From positions 1-64,000 of the forward strand of contig JBHJGN010000004.1 of assembly GCA_050331735.1 (NCBI GenBank): a stretch of DNA of 64,000 bases. The letters run 5' to 3'. The stretch is from Cyanophyceae cyanobacterium. GTDB taxonomy: Bacteria; Cyanobacteriota; Cyanobacteriia; Cyanobacteriales; JBHJGN01. Below are positions 17,901 through 28,020 of the stretch, in pieces; position 1 is the first letter of the stretch; each line of letters starts with the position of its first letter. The position numbers were made by a program, and so were the translations under genes. The notes beneath the pieces are model-generated. The model made no database searches. It had not been told where the DNA came from and saw nothing but the letters and a program-made list of their open reading frames with translations.

Positions 17901-19040
17901 ATGGATACCGACAATATTACTCAGCGATACTCTAAGGCTGTTCAACAATGCCCAGTCAAGTCCATGTCCTCGTCAATATCTCTGGTTGCTACTACTTTGG
18001 GGATTACTTCTGTGTTGGTTACTGTAGCCTTCAACAAGGCGATCGCCGCTAGTCTAGGAGGAGCTAATTTAGAAGCTGTCGTTGTCTCGCAAGAAAATTT
18101 GTTTCCCGAAGGAGTTGAATATAGCTCTAGCCAAGAGCACTTTTTTCTTTCCTCTCTAACCGAAGGAACCGTCTATCAGGTGGGCAATGATGGTATCGCT
18201 GTTCCTTTTATAGAAGATGAGCGTTTAGTTTCCAGCATTGGAATTCAGCTCGACGAACAGCGCGATCGCCTATTAGTTGCTAACTCAGATCCGGGAGTGG
18301 GCGATCGCACCAGCGTAGCTACTCAAGGAAGTTTAGCAGCGTTGGGCATTTATAATGTTTTCACCGGAGAAGCGATTAGCTACACCGAGCTTGGCAGCCT
18401 GCGTCCGAATGCCCCCCACTTTGCCAATGACATCGCCACCGATGAGTCAGGCAACGCTTACGTGACCGATAGTTTCTCGCCGATTATTTATCAAGTGGAT
18501 GTCGCTGGCACTCCATCGGTATTCTTGGAAGATGAGCGATTTCAGGGTGAAGGCTTTGGTCTCAATGGAATTGTTTCTCACCCAGACAACTTTTTGATTG
18601 TCGCTCAGTCAAACGCAGGAACCCTATTTAAAGTTCCTCTCGATAACCCCGAAGCTTTCAGTGCCATTGAGAGCGAGCAATCTTTTCCTGGGGCTGACGG
18701 CTTATTGCTCATCGATGATACTACCCTCCTTCTCGTTTCTAATAGCTTGAACCAAGTGTTCGCCCTCAGCAGTGACGATCGTTGGGAATCTGCCGTTGTA
18801 GAAGACAGCTTTGCCACTGGTAACGTATTTCCGACGACAGCGACAGCTCGACAAGCGGAAATTTTCGTACTCTACGCTCAACTGAACCAGTTGCTTGCTG
18901 CCAGCGAGCCTCCTTCTGTTGAGGAATTTACTATCCAACAGGTCGGAGTGGATGAGCCTGAAGCCATCCCTGAGCCAACTGCTATTTTTGGGATGTTCAC
19001 TTTTAGCCTTGGTTTTGCTTTGCGCAAACGACAGAGATAG
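17901..19040 (+). CDS. SMP-30/gluconolactonase-like beta-propeller protein with PEP-CTERM tail
   Basis: LFPEGVEY, FANDIATD, GLNGIV, GADGL blade motifs; C-terminus IPEPTAIFGMFTFSLGFALRKRQR; true start may be ATG 17964. Confidence 0.8.
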   Translation: MDTDNITQRYSKAVQQCPVKSMSSSISLVATTLGITSVLVTVAFNKAIAASLGGANLEAVVVSQENLFPEGVEYSSSQEHFFLSSLTEGTVYQVGNDGIAVPFIEDERLVSSIGIQLDEQRDRLLVANSDPGVGDRTSVATQGSLAALGIYNVFTGEAISYTELGSLRPNAPHFANDIATDESGNAYVTDSFSPIIYQVDVAGTPSVFLEDERFQGEGFGLNGIVSHPDNFLIVAQSNAGTLFKVPLDNPEAFSAIESEQSFPGADGLLLIDDTTLLLVSNSLNQVFALSSDDRWESAVVEDSFATGNVFPTTATARQAEIFVLYAQLNQLLAASEPPSVEEFTIQQVGVDEPEAIPEPTAIFGMFTFSLGFALRKRQR

Positions 19041-19063
19041 AGTTGCTCAACTGAATAGGACAT

Positions 19064-19094
19064 AAAAAAGAGCGCTACAACAGCAGCGCTCTTT
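19064..19094 (-). terminator. Intrinsic terminator of dnaK
   Basis: AAAGAGCGCT-N8-AGCGCTCTTT with a T6 tail on the minus strand. Confidence 0.8.
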
Positions 19095-19139
19095 GCTATT
19101 TAGTCTTTAGAGAAGGTTAACTATCTTCAGCAACACCGA

Positions 19140-21065
19140 CTACTTAGATTCGGTTTCTGAAAATTCGGCATCAATGACATCATCTCCACCGGATGCTCCT
19201 GCGTCGCCGCTCGCACCGTCGCCAGGGCCAGCATCAGGGCCTCCTTCGGCACCGACTCCACCAGCTTGCTGATAGACACTGCTACCGATGCTGTAGAGAG
19301 TTTGCTGTAGTTCTGGCATGAGTGTTTTGATACGCTCGTCGTCTTCTTTAGAGACGGCCTCTCTCAGGTCACTAATCAAGCCCTCTGCCTTACTCTTGTC
19401 GGCTGCGGGGATTTTGTCGCCCAGCTCTTTGAGCTGCTTTTCAGCTTGATAAACCAGCGAATCAGCCTGATTCTTGCGGTCAATGCGCTCGCGACGCTCT
19501 TTGTCCGCCGCTGCATTGGTTTCTGCTTCCTGAACCATCCGGTCTACCTCGTCAGACGGCAGAGTAGAAGCTCCGGTGATGCTGATCGACTGCTCTTTCC
19601 CGGTTCCTTTATCTTTCGCGGTCACGTTGAGAATCCCGTTAGCGTCGATGTCAAAGGTGACTTCAATTTGAGGAACACCACGGGGAGCAGGCGGAATCCC
19701 GTCAAGGCGGAAAGTGCCCAAGCTCTTGTTGTCTTTAGAAAACTCCCGTTCGCCTTGAAGAACGTGGATTTCGACATTGGTTTGACCGTCAACCGCCGTC
19801 GAGAAGGTTTCGGCCTTCTTAGTCGGAATAGTGGTGTTGCGCTGGATGATCTTGGTCATCACTCCGCCCAACGTTTCCACACCCAAAGAGAGAGGGGTCA
19901 CGTCGAGGAGCAGAATGTCTTTCACTTCACCAGCTAGAACGCCACCCTGAATTGCCGCTCCCACCGCGACAACTTCATCTGGGTTAACGCCTTGGTTCGG
20001 ATCTTTATCGAGAACCCGCTTCACCAGGTCTTTAACCGCCGGAATCCGAGTGGAACCACCGACAAGAACCACTTCATCGATGTCGCTCTTGCTGAGCTTG
20101 GCATCGCGCATCGCGCTTTCTACCGGAACGCGGCAGCGGTCAATCAGGTCAGAGCACAATTCTTCAAATTTGGCTCTAGTCAGAGACATATCCAGGTGTT
20201 TCGGACCTTCCTGGGTAGCGGTAATGAAGGGGAGATTGATATCGGTTTGAGTGGTGCTAGATAGCTCAATCTTGGCCTTCTCCGCCGCTTCAGTGAGACG
20301 CTGGAGAGCCTGTTTATCCTGCCGCAGATCGATGCCTTCGGTCTTCTTAAACTCTTCGGCTAAGTAATCAACAATCTTTTTGTCGAAGTCATCCCCACCG
20401 AGGTGCGTATCGCCAGAGGTCGCTAATACCTCAAACACACCGTCGCCAACTTCGAGAATAGAAACGTCGAAGGTACCGCCACCGAGGTCAAATACTAGAA
20501 TGGTCTCGTTGCTCTTTTTATCTAATCCGTAAGCGAGAGAGGCTGCTGTCGGCTCGTTGATGATCCGCAGCACTTCGACACCAGCGATTTTGCCAGCATC
20601 TTTAGTAGCCTGACGCTGGGAGTCATTGAAGTAAGCCGGAACGGTAATGACGGCTTGAGTAACGGTCTCACCGAGGTACTTACTGGCATCATCAACCAGC
20701 TTACGCAATACCTGAGCCGAAATTTCCTCAGGAGCAAACTGCTTGTCCATCGCCGGACAGTTGAGCTTCACGTTGCCATTGCTGTCGCGCTGAACATCGT
20801 AAGAAACTTCGGTGGTCTCGTTGGTGACTTCATTGTGCTTGCGTCCAATAAAGCGCTTGACCGAATAAAAGGTGTTTTGGGGGTTCATCACTGCCTGACG
20901 CTTGGCAATTTGACCGACAAGGCGATCGCCATTTTTGGCGTAGGCAACAACGGATGGAGTTGTTCTAAACCCTTCTGCGTTAGCAATAACGGTGGGTTTA
21001 CCACCTTCCATTACTGCCACACAAGAGTTAGTTGTTCCCAAGTCAATACCAACAACTTTTGCCAT
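19140..21065 (-). CDS. dnaK: Chaperone DnaK (DnaK2-like)
   Basis: [25 protein letters not shown]-terminus [10 protein letters not shown]; start MAKVVG at 21065. Confidence 0.98.
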   Translation of the reverse strand: MAKVVGIDLGTTNSCVAVMEGGKPTVIANAEGFRTTPSVVAYAKNGDRLVGQIAKRQAVMNPQNTFYSVKRFIGRKHNEVTNETTEVSYDVQRDSNGNVKLNCPAMDKQFAPEEISAQVLRKLVDDASKYLGETVTQAVITVPAYFNDSQRQATKDAGKIAGVEVLRIINEPTAASLAYGLDKKSNETILVFDLGGGTFDVSILEVGDGVFEVLATSGDTHLGGDDFDKKIVDYLAEEFKKTEGIDLRQDKQALQRLTEAAEKAKIELSSTTQTDINLPFITATQEGPKHLDMSLTRAKFEELCSDLIDRCRVPVESAMRDAKLSKSDIDEVVLVGGSTRIPAVKDLVKRVLDKDPNQGVNPDEVVAVGAAIQGGVLAGEVKDILLLDVTPLSLGVETLGGVMTKIIQRNTTIPTKKAETFSTAVDGQTNVEIHVLQGEREFSKDNKSLGTFRLDGIPPAPRGVPQIEVTFDIDANGILNVTAKDKGTGKEQSISITGASTLPSDEVDRMVQEAETNAAADKERRERIDRKNQADSLVYQAEKQLKELGDKIPAADKSKAEGLISDLREAVSKEDDERIKTLMPELQQTLYSIGSSVYQQAGGVGAEGGPDAGPGDGASGDAGASGGDDVIDAEFSETESK

Positions 21066-21192
21066 ATAAATTCTACTCCGGTGCAACTACAAAACTATAC
21101 TGGTCAGCAAATACTGAACCAAAAATGATTAACAAATAGCGTTATTTCCTTTGCTAATCCCTATAGTGACTGGAGTTCACCCTTCTTTGGTA

Positions 21193-21209
21193 GTGTAGGT
21201 TCCCGAACC
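21193..21209 (-). promoter_or_regulatory. K-box-like element upstream of dnaK
   Basis: Minus strand GGTTCGGGAACCTACAC resembles the GTTCGG..A.CC..AC K-box of cyanobacterial groESL/dnaK2 promoters (imperfect spacing). Confidence 0.5.
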
Positions 21210-21228
21210 TTTGATGGCGGGTAAGAGA

Positions 21229-21341
21229 CAGTGAGCAGTGACCAGACTAAACTTTAGCTGTCGGGATAAAACCCCTGGTGGTCACTGCTCACTGACTAAG
21301 CACCATAGCTAAAGACTTAAGCCGTTGGTAACTGCTCACTG
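21229..21341. repeat. CAGTGAG/CAGTGAC heptamer inverted-repeat element
   Basis: CAGTGAGCAGTGACCA (21229-21244) pairs perfectly with 21279-21294; third arm at 21326-21341; same motif at about 45163-45210. Confidence 0.75.
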
Positions 21342-21343
21342 AT

Positions 21344-21841
21344 TTACCATCCCCAAGTTCCGGCACCGCCTTTAAAGGGACCAACGATATCATTTGTAAT
21401 CCAGCCGCCGTAGAAGTCTCCAGGTTGCGCTTGGACTTGTTCTTCATCGACGTAACAGGCATCCATGCGGCTTGGATAGAAGGCTACGTAGTCCTTGATG
21501 TCAGCAAAAGCGGCTGTTGGCGTAGGATAGTACCAGGCAACGTTGGGGGCTTGTCGATCATTGACAACGACTGTGTAGTAACTTGCCGTGCCTTTCCACT
21601 CGCAGAAAGAATGTTGACCCGTAGACTGCAAGTATTCCATTTTGATATCTTCAGGAGGAATATAGTAAACCGGAGGATGACTGGTTTCTAATACTCTGTA
21701 GGCGTTTTGAGTGTCGGCAATGGTAACTCCATTAAAAACAACCTGGATGCGCTTAGATGAGGGGTCTAGCCGAGGCGGACGGGGGTAGTCCCATACCGAT
21801 TCTTGGCCAGGTTCAGGTTCAATACGTTTACGTTGAAACAT
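21344..21841 (-). CDS. DUF427-family protein
   Basis: ESVWDYPRPP, VLETSHPPVYYIP, FCEWKGTASYY, FYGGWIT. Confidence 0.88.
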   Translation of the reverse strand: MFQRKRIEPEPGQESVWDYPRPPRLDPSSKRIQVVFNGVTIADTQNAYRVLETSHPPVYYIPPEDIKMEYLQSTGQHSFCEWKGTASYYTVVVNDRQAPNVAWYYPTPTAAFADIKDYVAFYPSRMDACYVDEEQVQAQPGDFYGGWITNDIVGPFKGGAGTWGW

Positions 21842-21914
21842 TGATTTTTACTACAGCAGATACACTGTTTATTTTAATCAGTTGCGTCTTTTCAGCCGTG
21901 ACCTCGCCCCGATG

Positions 21915-22226
21915 CTACCGAATATTGCTGCTCGCAATGATCGTTTCTAGGTCAGCAACCCGTGCTTCTAGCTGCTTGACTTGCTCTGCTTCCTTAAGTT
22001 GTTCGTTCTGCTGATCAGAAAACTTCCACACTGCAACTGTACTCACCGTTGCTCCAGAAATCACCGCCATCGGCAGAATTACTCCACTATCGGTTGCTTT
22101 GGATAGCGGGATACAAATAGCGAGCATGCCAGTTGCTAAGCCCCAAATCTTGGCAGTAGCGATCGCGCTAATTATATTGGCAGAACCGGTTCTTTTCGGT
22201 AAACGTGTCATTGTCTTTGCCTCCAT
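21915..22226 (-). CDS. Hypothetical two-TM protein with C-terminal coiled coil
   Basis: KIWGLATGMLAICIPL and ILPMAVISGA hydrophobic segments; LEARVADLETII. Confidence 0.7.
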   Translation of the reverse strand: MEAKTMTRLPKRTGSANIISAIATAKIWGLATGMLAICIPLSKATDSGVILPMAVISGATVSTVAVWKFSDQQNEQLKEAEQVKQLEARVADLETIIASSNIR

Positions 22227-22258
22227 CGTTTGCTAGGTGAGGAATTAGATTCAATGCG

Positions 22259-22432
22259 TTAAAAGCCTTTTTCTGGATGTTGCCGGAGGGTTTTCAGCAT
22301 TGGTGGCATTGCCTGAGCAACCGGTAGCCATTGAGAAAAAGCCCGAAATCTGTTGACACGCATTCCAATCAGGAAAACGACGAACGCAGCATCAGTTTGG
22401 GCCGTGTAGCGACCAGGAAAGACAGATGACAT
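22259..22432 (-). pseudogene. Truncated DUF4188-like gene (57 aa, below the ORF-track cutoff)
   Basis: MSSVFPGRYTAQTDAAFVVFLIGMRVNRFRAFSQWLPVAQAMPPMLKTLRQHPEKGF*; AAGGAG RBS; divergent from PadR. Confidence 0.7.
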
Positions 22433-22468
22433 GGCTGGAATCTCCTTGTTAGCTTCTCATTAATTGCT

Positions 22469-22486
22469 AAATTGAATATTCAATTT
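22469..22486. promoter_or_regulatory. Perfect 18-bp palindrome, candidate PadR operator
   Basis: AAATTGAATATTCAATTT between the divergent DUF4188-like and padR genes. Confidence 0.55.
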
Positions 22487-22541
22487 TTTGACTATAAAGA
22501 TCATGCTATATTCAACTACGCGAGTATGTCAAGAAGAAATT

Positions 22542-23126
22542 ATGGCTTTAGCCCAGGCAATTTTGTCAGTCTTAGTCACCTATCCAAGTAGTGGTTATGA
22601 CCTAACTAAGCGGTTTGATAATTCGGTAGAGGGGTCAGTAGGATTCTTTTGGAATGCTAAGCCTCAGCAAATTTATCGAGAACTGAGCCGCCTAGAAGAC
22701 AAAGGATGGCTAGAGTCTGAAACCGTGCGTCAAGAAAATCGTCCAGACAAAAAGATTTATTCGGTAACGGCACTTGGAAAGCAGCAGTTTAGCGAGTGGA
22801 TTGCAGACTCCGAAGACGCAACGCCCATCAAAGATGATCTGTTAGTGAAGCTATTTGCCGGTTACCTAGTGCCTCGTCAGGTTATTCTGGATAAGCTAGA
22901 GGCCCATCGCCTGCAACATCAGCAAACGCTAGCAATTTATCGAGAGATAGAGCAAAACTATTTCTCCAAGCCTCAACAGCTATCAGCAGAGTTAAAGTTT
23001 AACTACGCCACCTTACTCAGAGGCATTCACTATGAACTGGGCTGGCTATCGTGGTGCGAGCAGGTTGTGCCTCTTCTTCAGCCTCCATCGGTCGAGAATC
23101 GAGACGATCCTCAAAGAGAAAGCTAA
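22542..23126 (+). CDS. PadR-family transcriptional regulator
   Basis: MALAQAIL...SGYDL...QIYRELSRLE...RPDKKIYSVT; C-terminal LLRGIHYELGWLSW. Confidence 0.92.
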   Translation: MALAQAILSVLVTYPSSGYDLTKRFDNSVEGSVGFFWNAKPQQIYRELSRLEDKGWLESETVRQENRPDKKIYSVTALGKQQFSEWIADSEDATPIKDDLLVKLFAGYLVPRQVILDKLEAHRLQHQQTLAIYREIEQNYFSKPQQLSAELKFNYATLLRGIHYELGWLSWCEQVVPLLQPPSVENRDDPQRES

Positions 23127-23354
23127 AAGTCATCTTCATTACGATGCTTGAAAATCAACACCCGAACTGTTGTTTTCGAGGTCTGGCAACTTTGAACTGT
23201 GAACTTTGGATTAATCTCTTCTGCCCCGAGAGCAAGCTTCCGGAAAGAGATGGCTGAACTGTTCTTATCCCAGGTTTAACTTCCCCTCTTTATCCTAGTG
23301 ATAGGCTTTGTCAACAAAATCCTCCCCATCTAATCAGCGCCAATCACTGAATTT

Positions 23355-23371
23355 TGTAGTATCATACTACA
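23355..23371. promoter_or_regulatory. Palindrome upstream of the ABC exporter
   Basis: TGTAGTAT-C-ATACTACA, 45 bp before the start. Confidence 0.4.
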
Positions 23372-23416
23372 TAGCAAGCTGTATTGAAGCTTTAAAATGA
23401 TTTAGCAAGGAGAATC

Positions 23417-25231
23417 ATGGCCTCATTTTGGGATATCCTTGGCTATTTTCGCCACTACAAAAGAGTCGCGTTTCTGAGCATCGCGGCATCGAGTCTGTTT
23501 GAAATTATTGATTTAGTCGTCCCCTACGCCATTGGTCAAATTCTCAATGTTCTCTCCAATCAACCTATAGACGAACCCATCGAGCGCTTATCAGCAGTTG
23601 TTGCGGCGCTCACCAATCTGCCAGCGGGACGTATCCTTTCATTAGGAGTGTTGCTCGGAATTATATTTTTAGTTACCGTTGTCAGAGCGCCCATTCAGCC
23701 CTGGATTAGCAACTGGTATCACTGGGCCATTACCCTTGAAGCGCGACGCGATCATTCCCGCAAAGTTTTAGAGAAGATCCTCACGCTGCCCCTTGGGTTC
23801 TACGACGAGAACAACCCGGGACGTATTTCTGGACGAGTCACAAAGGGACTAACTAACTACACCTGGACGTACCCCGAAATTGCGGGTCAGTTGATTCCTA
23901 AGCTGATGCGGGTGTTAGGCATTTTTGTGGTAATTTTGCTGATTGAGTGGCGCATTGCGATCGCCTTTCTAATCTCCTTTATTGTGATTCTTGGCTTCGA
24001 TCTCAAGCATCTCCAAAAGCTCATCAAGCAAGAGGAAAAACTAGACAAATACATCGAGAATACCAACAGCCGTACTTCAGAAATCATTACCAACATCAAA
24101 ACCGTTAAAGCTTTTGCCTCAGAAGCGGCTGAGTTAGAACGCCAGCGACAGCGCATCGAGCGAGAATTCAAGGTCGTGATCGATCGCATTCATCGCGGGT
24201 ATATCAAACTGGCCACTATTGATCGCACCATTATACAAAGCTGCGTGTTTTTGGTGCTGCTGTTTACGCTCATTGCTACTCTCCAAGGACAGATTACTCT
24301 CGGACACTTCATTACGGTGTTAACGGTTTCGAGTATGGCCTATGCTGAATTAGAACCCATTACTCAACTGACAGAAGTGTTTGCCCGGCGCTATGCGTCT
24401 CTACGTCGCTTTCAGGAGTTCATCCAGCTTCCAGCGGGAACCGATGCCGCGAGCCTGGTGCCAGAACCGCCATCCGCTAATCCCTATCGGTTCACGGGCA
24501 AAATTGAGCTGGAGCAGGTAACGTTTGGCTACGATCCGCAGCGTCCTGTCCTGCAAAACTTGAGTCTGCTCATCAAACCCTGTCAAACCGTGGCCCTAGT
24601 TGGTCGCTCTGGTTCAGGAAAATCAACTCTTGTTAAGCTGCTGTTCCGTTATTTTGACCCCAATGAAGGCCGAATTCTCATTGATGGCGAAGATGTCCGT
24701 ACCCTAGATATTGCTCGCTATCGAAGACGGCTGGCCATTGTGCATCAGGAGGTTGACATCTTTAACGGCACTGTCTTAGATAACCTGACTTACGGCAATC
24801 CTGGCGTCAGCTTTGCTCGCGTTGAGGAAGCCTGTCAAATTGCTAAGGTCGATGAGTTTATCGATGAGTTTCCCCACGGGTACTATACGGTTGTTGGAGA
24901 GCGGGGAGTGCGCCTCTCCGGAGGGCAAAGGCAGCGATTAGGTATTGCCCGTGCGCTGCTGGTCGATCCAGACGTGCTGGTGTTTGATGAAGCCACTTCT
25001 AGTTTAGATTACGAGTCAGAGCGCTTGATTCAGCTCGCGATGCGCTCTATTTTTGGCACTCGCACTACCGTGATTATTGCCCACCGTCTTAGTACCGTTA
25101 GAGAAGCCGATCAGATTGTGGTTCTCGACGCTGGCAAAATTGTCGAAGTCGGTTCTCATGACGAACTGCTCAATCATGGAGGGATTTACCATCGTCTCCA
25201 CTCACTCCAGGAAACGGGAGAGTTAACTTAA
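23417..25231 (+). CDS. ABC exporter, fused permease/ATPase
   Basis: TM domain; GRSGSGKST, LSGGQRQR, VFDEATS, IAHRLST. Confidence 0.95.
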   Translation: MASFWDILGYFRHYKRVAFLSIAASSLFEIIDLVVPYAIGQILNVLSNQPIDEPIERLSAVVAALTNLPAGRILSLGVLLGIIFLVTVVRAPIQPWISNWYHWAITLEARRDHSRKVLEKILTLPLGFYDENNPGRISGRVTKGLTNYTWTYPEIAGQLIPKLMRVLGIFVVILLIEWRIAIAFLISFIVILGFDLKHLQKLIKQEEKLDKYIENTNSRTSEIITNIKTVKAFASEAAELERQRQRIEREFKVVIDRIHRGYIKLATIDRTIIQSCVFLVLLFTLIATLQGQITLGHFITVLTVSSMAYAELEPITQLTEVFARRYASLRRFQEFIQLPAGTDAASLVPEPPSANPYRFTGKIELEQVTFGYDPQRPVLQNLSLLIKPCQTVALVGRSGSGKSTLVKLLFRYFDPNEGRILIDGEDVRTLDIARYRRRLAIVHQEVDIFNGTVLDNLTYGNPGVSFARVEEACQIAKVDEFIDEFPHGYYTVVGERGVRLSGGQRQRLGIARALLVDPDVLVFDEATSSLDYESERLIQLAMRSIFGTRTTVIIAHRLSTVREADQIVVLDAGKIVEVGSHDELLNHGGIYHRLHSLQETGELT

Positions 25232-25263
25232 ATCATTCAAAGAAATCAGCGGAACTGAACAGA

Positions 25264-25289
25264 GGGGGGAAGGGGGAAAGGGGAAGGGG
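25264..25289 (+). repeat. G-tract repeat with G-quadruplex-forming potential
   Basis: GGGGGG-AA-GGGGG-AAA-GGGG-AA-GGGG. Confidence 0.6.
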
Positions 25290-25466
25290 AAAAGGACGCG
25301 CTTGTTCTGTTACTTTCTGTGGGTGATGCATAGAGCTAGCAAAGAGACTGAAGCTGTTGGGGATGAATCGTTAATTTGCGTGAAGTATCGTTGCATTTAT
25401 TAAGGCTGCTGGCCAAGTATCCTTCATTTTTGTTTCAATAGAAACGCTCAAGAGCTGTATAAATGG

Positions 25467-26777
25467 ATGCGTATTACTCAGCAGCTAAGCCAGGTCGGAC
25501 AGATACTCAGCAAAAAACGGCTTTTCGTTTTACTGGCTGTGGCGATCGCCTTTTTCCCGTTTCTGTTTCAGCCAGTACTGACTCAGCAACCAGTGACGGT
25601 TACGGTTTTGTTGCAGTCAGGAGAAGCTTCGCAGTGGGAGCCTTTAGTGACAGAATTTGAGCAACAGAATCCAGATATTCGTTTAGAAATTATTCAAGGA
25701 CCGTTTGCCACCGATGCTGTCGAAGATTTATATACATCCTCCTTTCTTTTAGGCAATTCCCCCTATGATCTCGTTTATATGGATGTTGTCTGGGTGCCGA
25801 AGTTTGCAGCGGCAGGTTGGCTGCTGGATCTGTCTGAGCGAGTTTCCCCGTCAGAACTCGAGCAATATTTAGAGGGCGATGTTCGAGGCGGGATGTATCA
25901 GGGCAATCTGTATCGGATGCCGCTGCGTTCAGATGCCGGGATGCTGTACTACCGCACAGATTTACTAGAGGCAGCCGGATACTCTCCTCCGCAAACCTTT
26001 GAGGAATTGCTGCAAATAGCTCGGGAGTTGCAGACCCAAGGCGCTGTCCCCTGGGGGTATCTCTGGCAGGGCAAGCAATACGAAGGGCTATCTGCTATGT
26101 TTGTGGAAGTGTTAGCAGGGTTTGGAGCATTCTGGGTCGATCCGGATACTCTTGCGGTCGGACTCGATGAACCAGAAGCGATTCAGGCAGTAGAATTTCT
26201 GCGCAGCACCATAGAAATCGGGATTTCGCCCCCGGGGGTGACAACCTATACCGAAGAGGAAACCCGCCGCCTCTTCCAGAGCGGAAATGCCGCTTTTTTG
26301 AGAAATTGGCCCTACGTGTTTGGGTTAGCAGCCGATTCTCCGATTGCCGGAGAATTTTCGATTAAACCCATGGTACATCTACCGGGTCAAAGGAGCGGGG
26401 CTTGTTTAGGAGGATGGGGACTGGGGATTGCCAGTTCTAGCCCCCACCCGGATGAAGCGTGGCGAGTGATTGAATTTTTTAGCTCAGAGGCAGCGCAGCA
26501 GCCGTTTATTTTAGAAACAGGCTACGTTCCGAGTTTGCGATCGCTTTTTACTAACCCAGAAATTGTTGCCAAATTCAATCACTACCCGCAACTGCTAGCG
26601 GTCCTTGAAAATGCTGTCCTGCGACCTCCCATTGCCCAGTACGCTCAGGCTTCAGATATTCTTCAGCGCTATCTCAGTGCTGCCATCACCAACAGCATGA
26701 CTCCAGAGGCCGCCATGCGTTCAGCCGCCGAGGAAACGCGCCGCCTGTTAGGGGAAAGCGCCGTCGGCGCGGGGTAA
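25467..26777 (+). CDS. Carbohydrate ABC transporter substrate-binding protein
   Basis: DLVYMDVVW, LYYRTDLL, WQGKQYEGL, FLRNWPY; precedes two permeases. Confidence 0.9.
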   Translation: MRITQQLSQVGQILSKKRLFVLLAVAIAFFPFLFQPVLTQQPVTVTVLLQSGEASQWEPLVTEFEQQNPDIRLEIIQGPFATDAVEDLYTSSFLLGNSPYDLVYMDVVWVPKFAAAGWLLDLSERVSPSELEQYLEGDVRGGMYQGNLYRMPLRSDAGMLYYRTDLLEAAGYSPPQTFEELLQIARELQTQGAVPWGYLWQGKQYEGLSAMFVEVLAGFGAFWVDPDTLAVGLDEPEAIQAVEFLRSTIEIGISPPGVTTYTEEETRRLFQSGNAAFLRNWPYVFGLAADSPIAGEFSIKPMVHLPGQRSGACLGGWGLGIASSSPHPDEAWRVIEFFSSEAAQQPFILETGYVPSLRSLFTNPEIVAKFNHYPQLLAVLENAVLRPPIAQYAQASDILQRYLSAAITNSMTPEAAMRSAAEETRRLLGESAVGAG

Positions 26778-26938
26778 AGGGGAAAGGGTAAGGGGGAAAG
26801 GGAGTAATGATTGAGTTTCTTCCTTAATCCTGTGTTCTTTTCCCGCCCTCAGTGCGGCTGATTTCCCTTTTCCCGTTCCGCAGGAACTGCTTCCTCCTTG
26901 CCCCTTCCCCGTTCCGCAGGGACAATTTCCCTCTTCCC
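26751..26938 (+). repeat. Composite dispersed repeat (purine arm, conserved core, pyrimidine arm with hairpins)
   Basis: Core TTCCTTAATCCTGTGTTCTTTTCCCG shared with 51041-51170 and, inverted, 47997-48166. Confidence 0.8.
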
Positions 26939-26959
26939 TAACCTAAGCCGTGAAATTGT

Positions 26960-27856
26960 ATGACCAGAGATCTTCTTCGCAAACAAGAACAGAGAACGGG
27001 GTGGCTATTGCTGACTCCAGCGCTGCTGCTGTTGGCAGTTGTGTTTGTCTACCCTATTGCGCGGGCGTTTTGGCTGAGTCTATTCGCCGAGAACCTTGGC
27101 ACTAATTTACAGCCGATTTTTGCTGGTTTCGCCAACTACGGACGCATGATTGGCGATGGGCGCTTTTGGCAAAGCTTGCAAAATACAGCAGTTTTTACCG
27201 TTGCCAGCGTTGTTTTAGAACTGTTGCTGGGGTTAGGAATTGCTCTTGTGCTCAATCAGGCGTTTAGAGGACGCGGAACTGTCAGAACTATTGCCATTAT
27301 TCCCTGGGCGTTACCCACTGCCGTTATGGGGCTGGCTTGGGCGTGGATCTTTAACGACCAGTTTGGGGTAGTTAACGACCTCTTACAGCGCTTAGGAGTC
27401 ATTGATGATGGCATCAACTGGCTAGGAGAACCCGCACTAGCTATGTTGGCTTTGGTTGTTGCCGATGTTTGGAAAACTACGCCGTTTATCAGCATTATTT
27501 TACTAGCCGGGCTACAGTCCATTTCTGCTGACCTCTATGAAGCCCACGCCATCGATGGAGCTAATCCCTGGCAAAGCTTCTATCAAATTACTCTCCCGTT
27601 ACTGATGCCTCAGCTCCTCATTGCCCTACTGTTTCGGTTTGCTCAGGCATTCGGCATTTTTGACCTCGTACAGGTCATGACGGGAGGAGGACCAGCGGGG
27701 GCGACGGAAACGGTTTCTATCTATATCTACTCTACCGTAATGCGCTACCTAGATTTTGGCTATGGAGCCGCTTTAGTGGTGGTGACATTTTTGCTATTAG
27801 TAGCGGCAGTAGCCATGACGGCTTTCTTGTTGTCTAGAGTACGGGCAGCGAGGTAA
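26960..27856 (+). CDS. Carbohydrate ABC permease (MalF-like)
   Basis: EAA loop LYEAHAIDGANPWQSF; multiple TM helices. Confidence 0.93.
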   Translation: MTRDLLRKQEQRTGWLLLTPALLLLAVVFVYPIARAFWLSLFAENLGTNLQPIFAGFANYGRMIGDGRFWQSLQNTAVFTVASVVLELLLGLGIALVLNQAFRGRGTVRTIAIIPWALPTAVMGLAWAWIFNDQFGVVNDLLQRLGVIDDGINWLGEPALAMLALVVADVWKTTPFISIILLAGLQSISADLYEAHAIDGANPWQSFYQITLPLLMPQLLIALLFRFAQAFGIFDLVQVMTGGGPAGATETVSIYIYSTVMRYLDFGYGAALVVVTFLLLVAAVAMTAFLLSRVRAAR

Positions 27857-27865
27857 ATGCACGAT

Positions 27866-27969
27866 ATTAATTGTTAATAGTTGATTATTGATGGTTCTTG
27901 ATCTCCTAACCTAAAAGAGCCGCTATAGCGTTTTCTGAGAATGAACAATCAGCAACTAACAATCAACAA
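27866..27969. repeat. Degenerate TTGTTAA/TTGATTA heptamer inverted arms
   Basis: ttaattgttaatagttgattattgat ... aacaatcagcaactaacaatcaacaa. Confidence 0.5.
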
Positions 27970-28020
27970 AAAGCTAGGCTACAAATTTGTACCTCATTGA
28001 AGTGAAAACCGCCATTTAAA

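Noticed and set aside
23355..23371. NtcA site
   Set aside because: Spacing is GTA-N9-TAC, not GTA-N8-TAC; kept only as an anonymous palindrome
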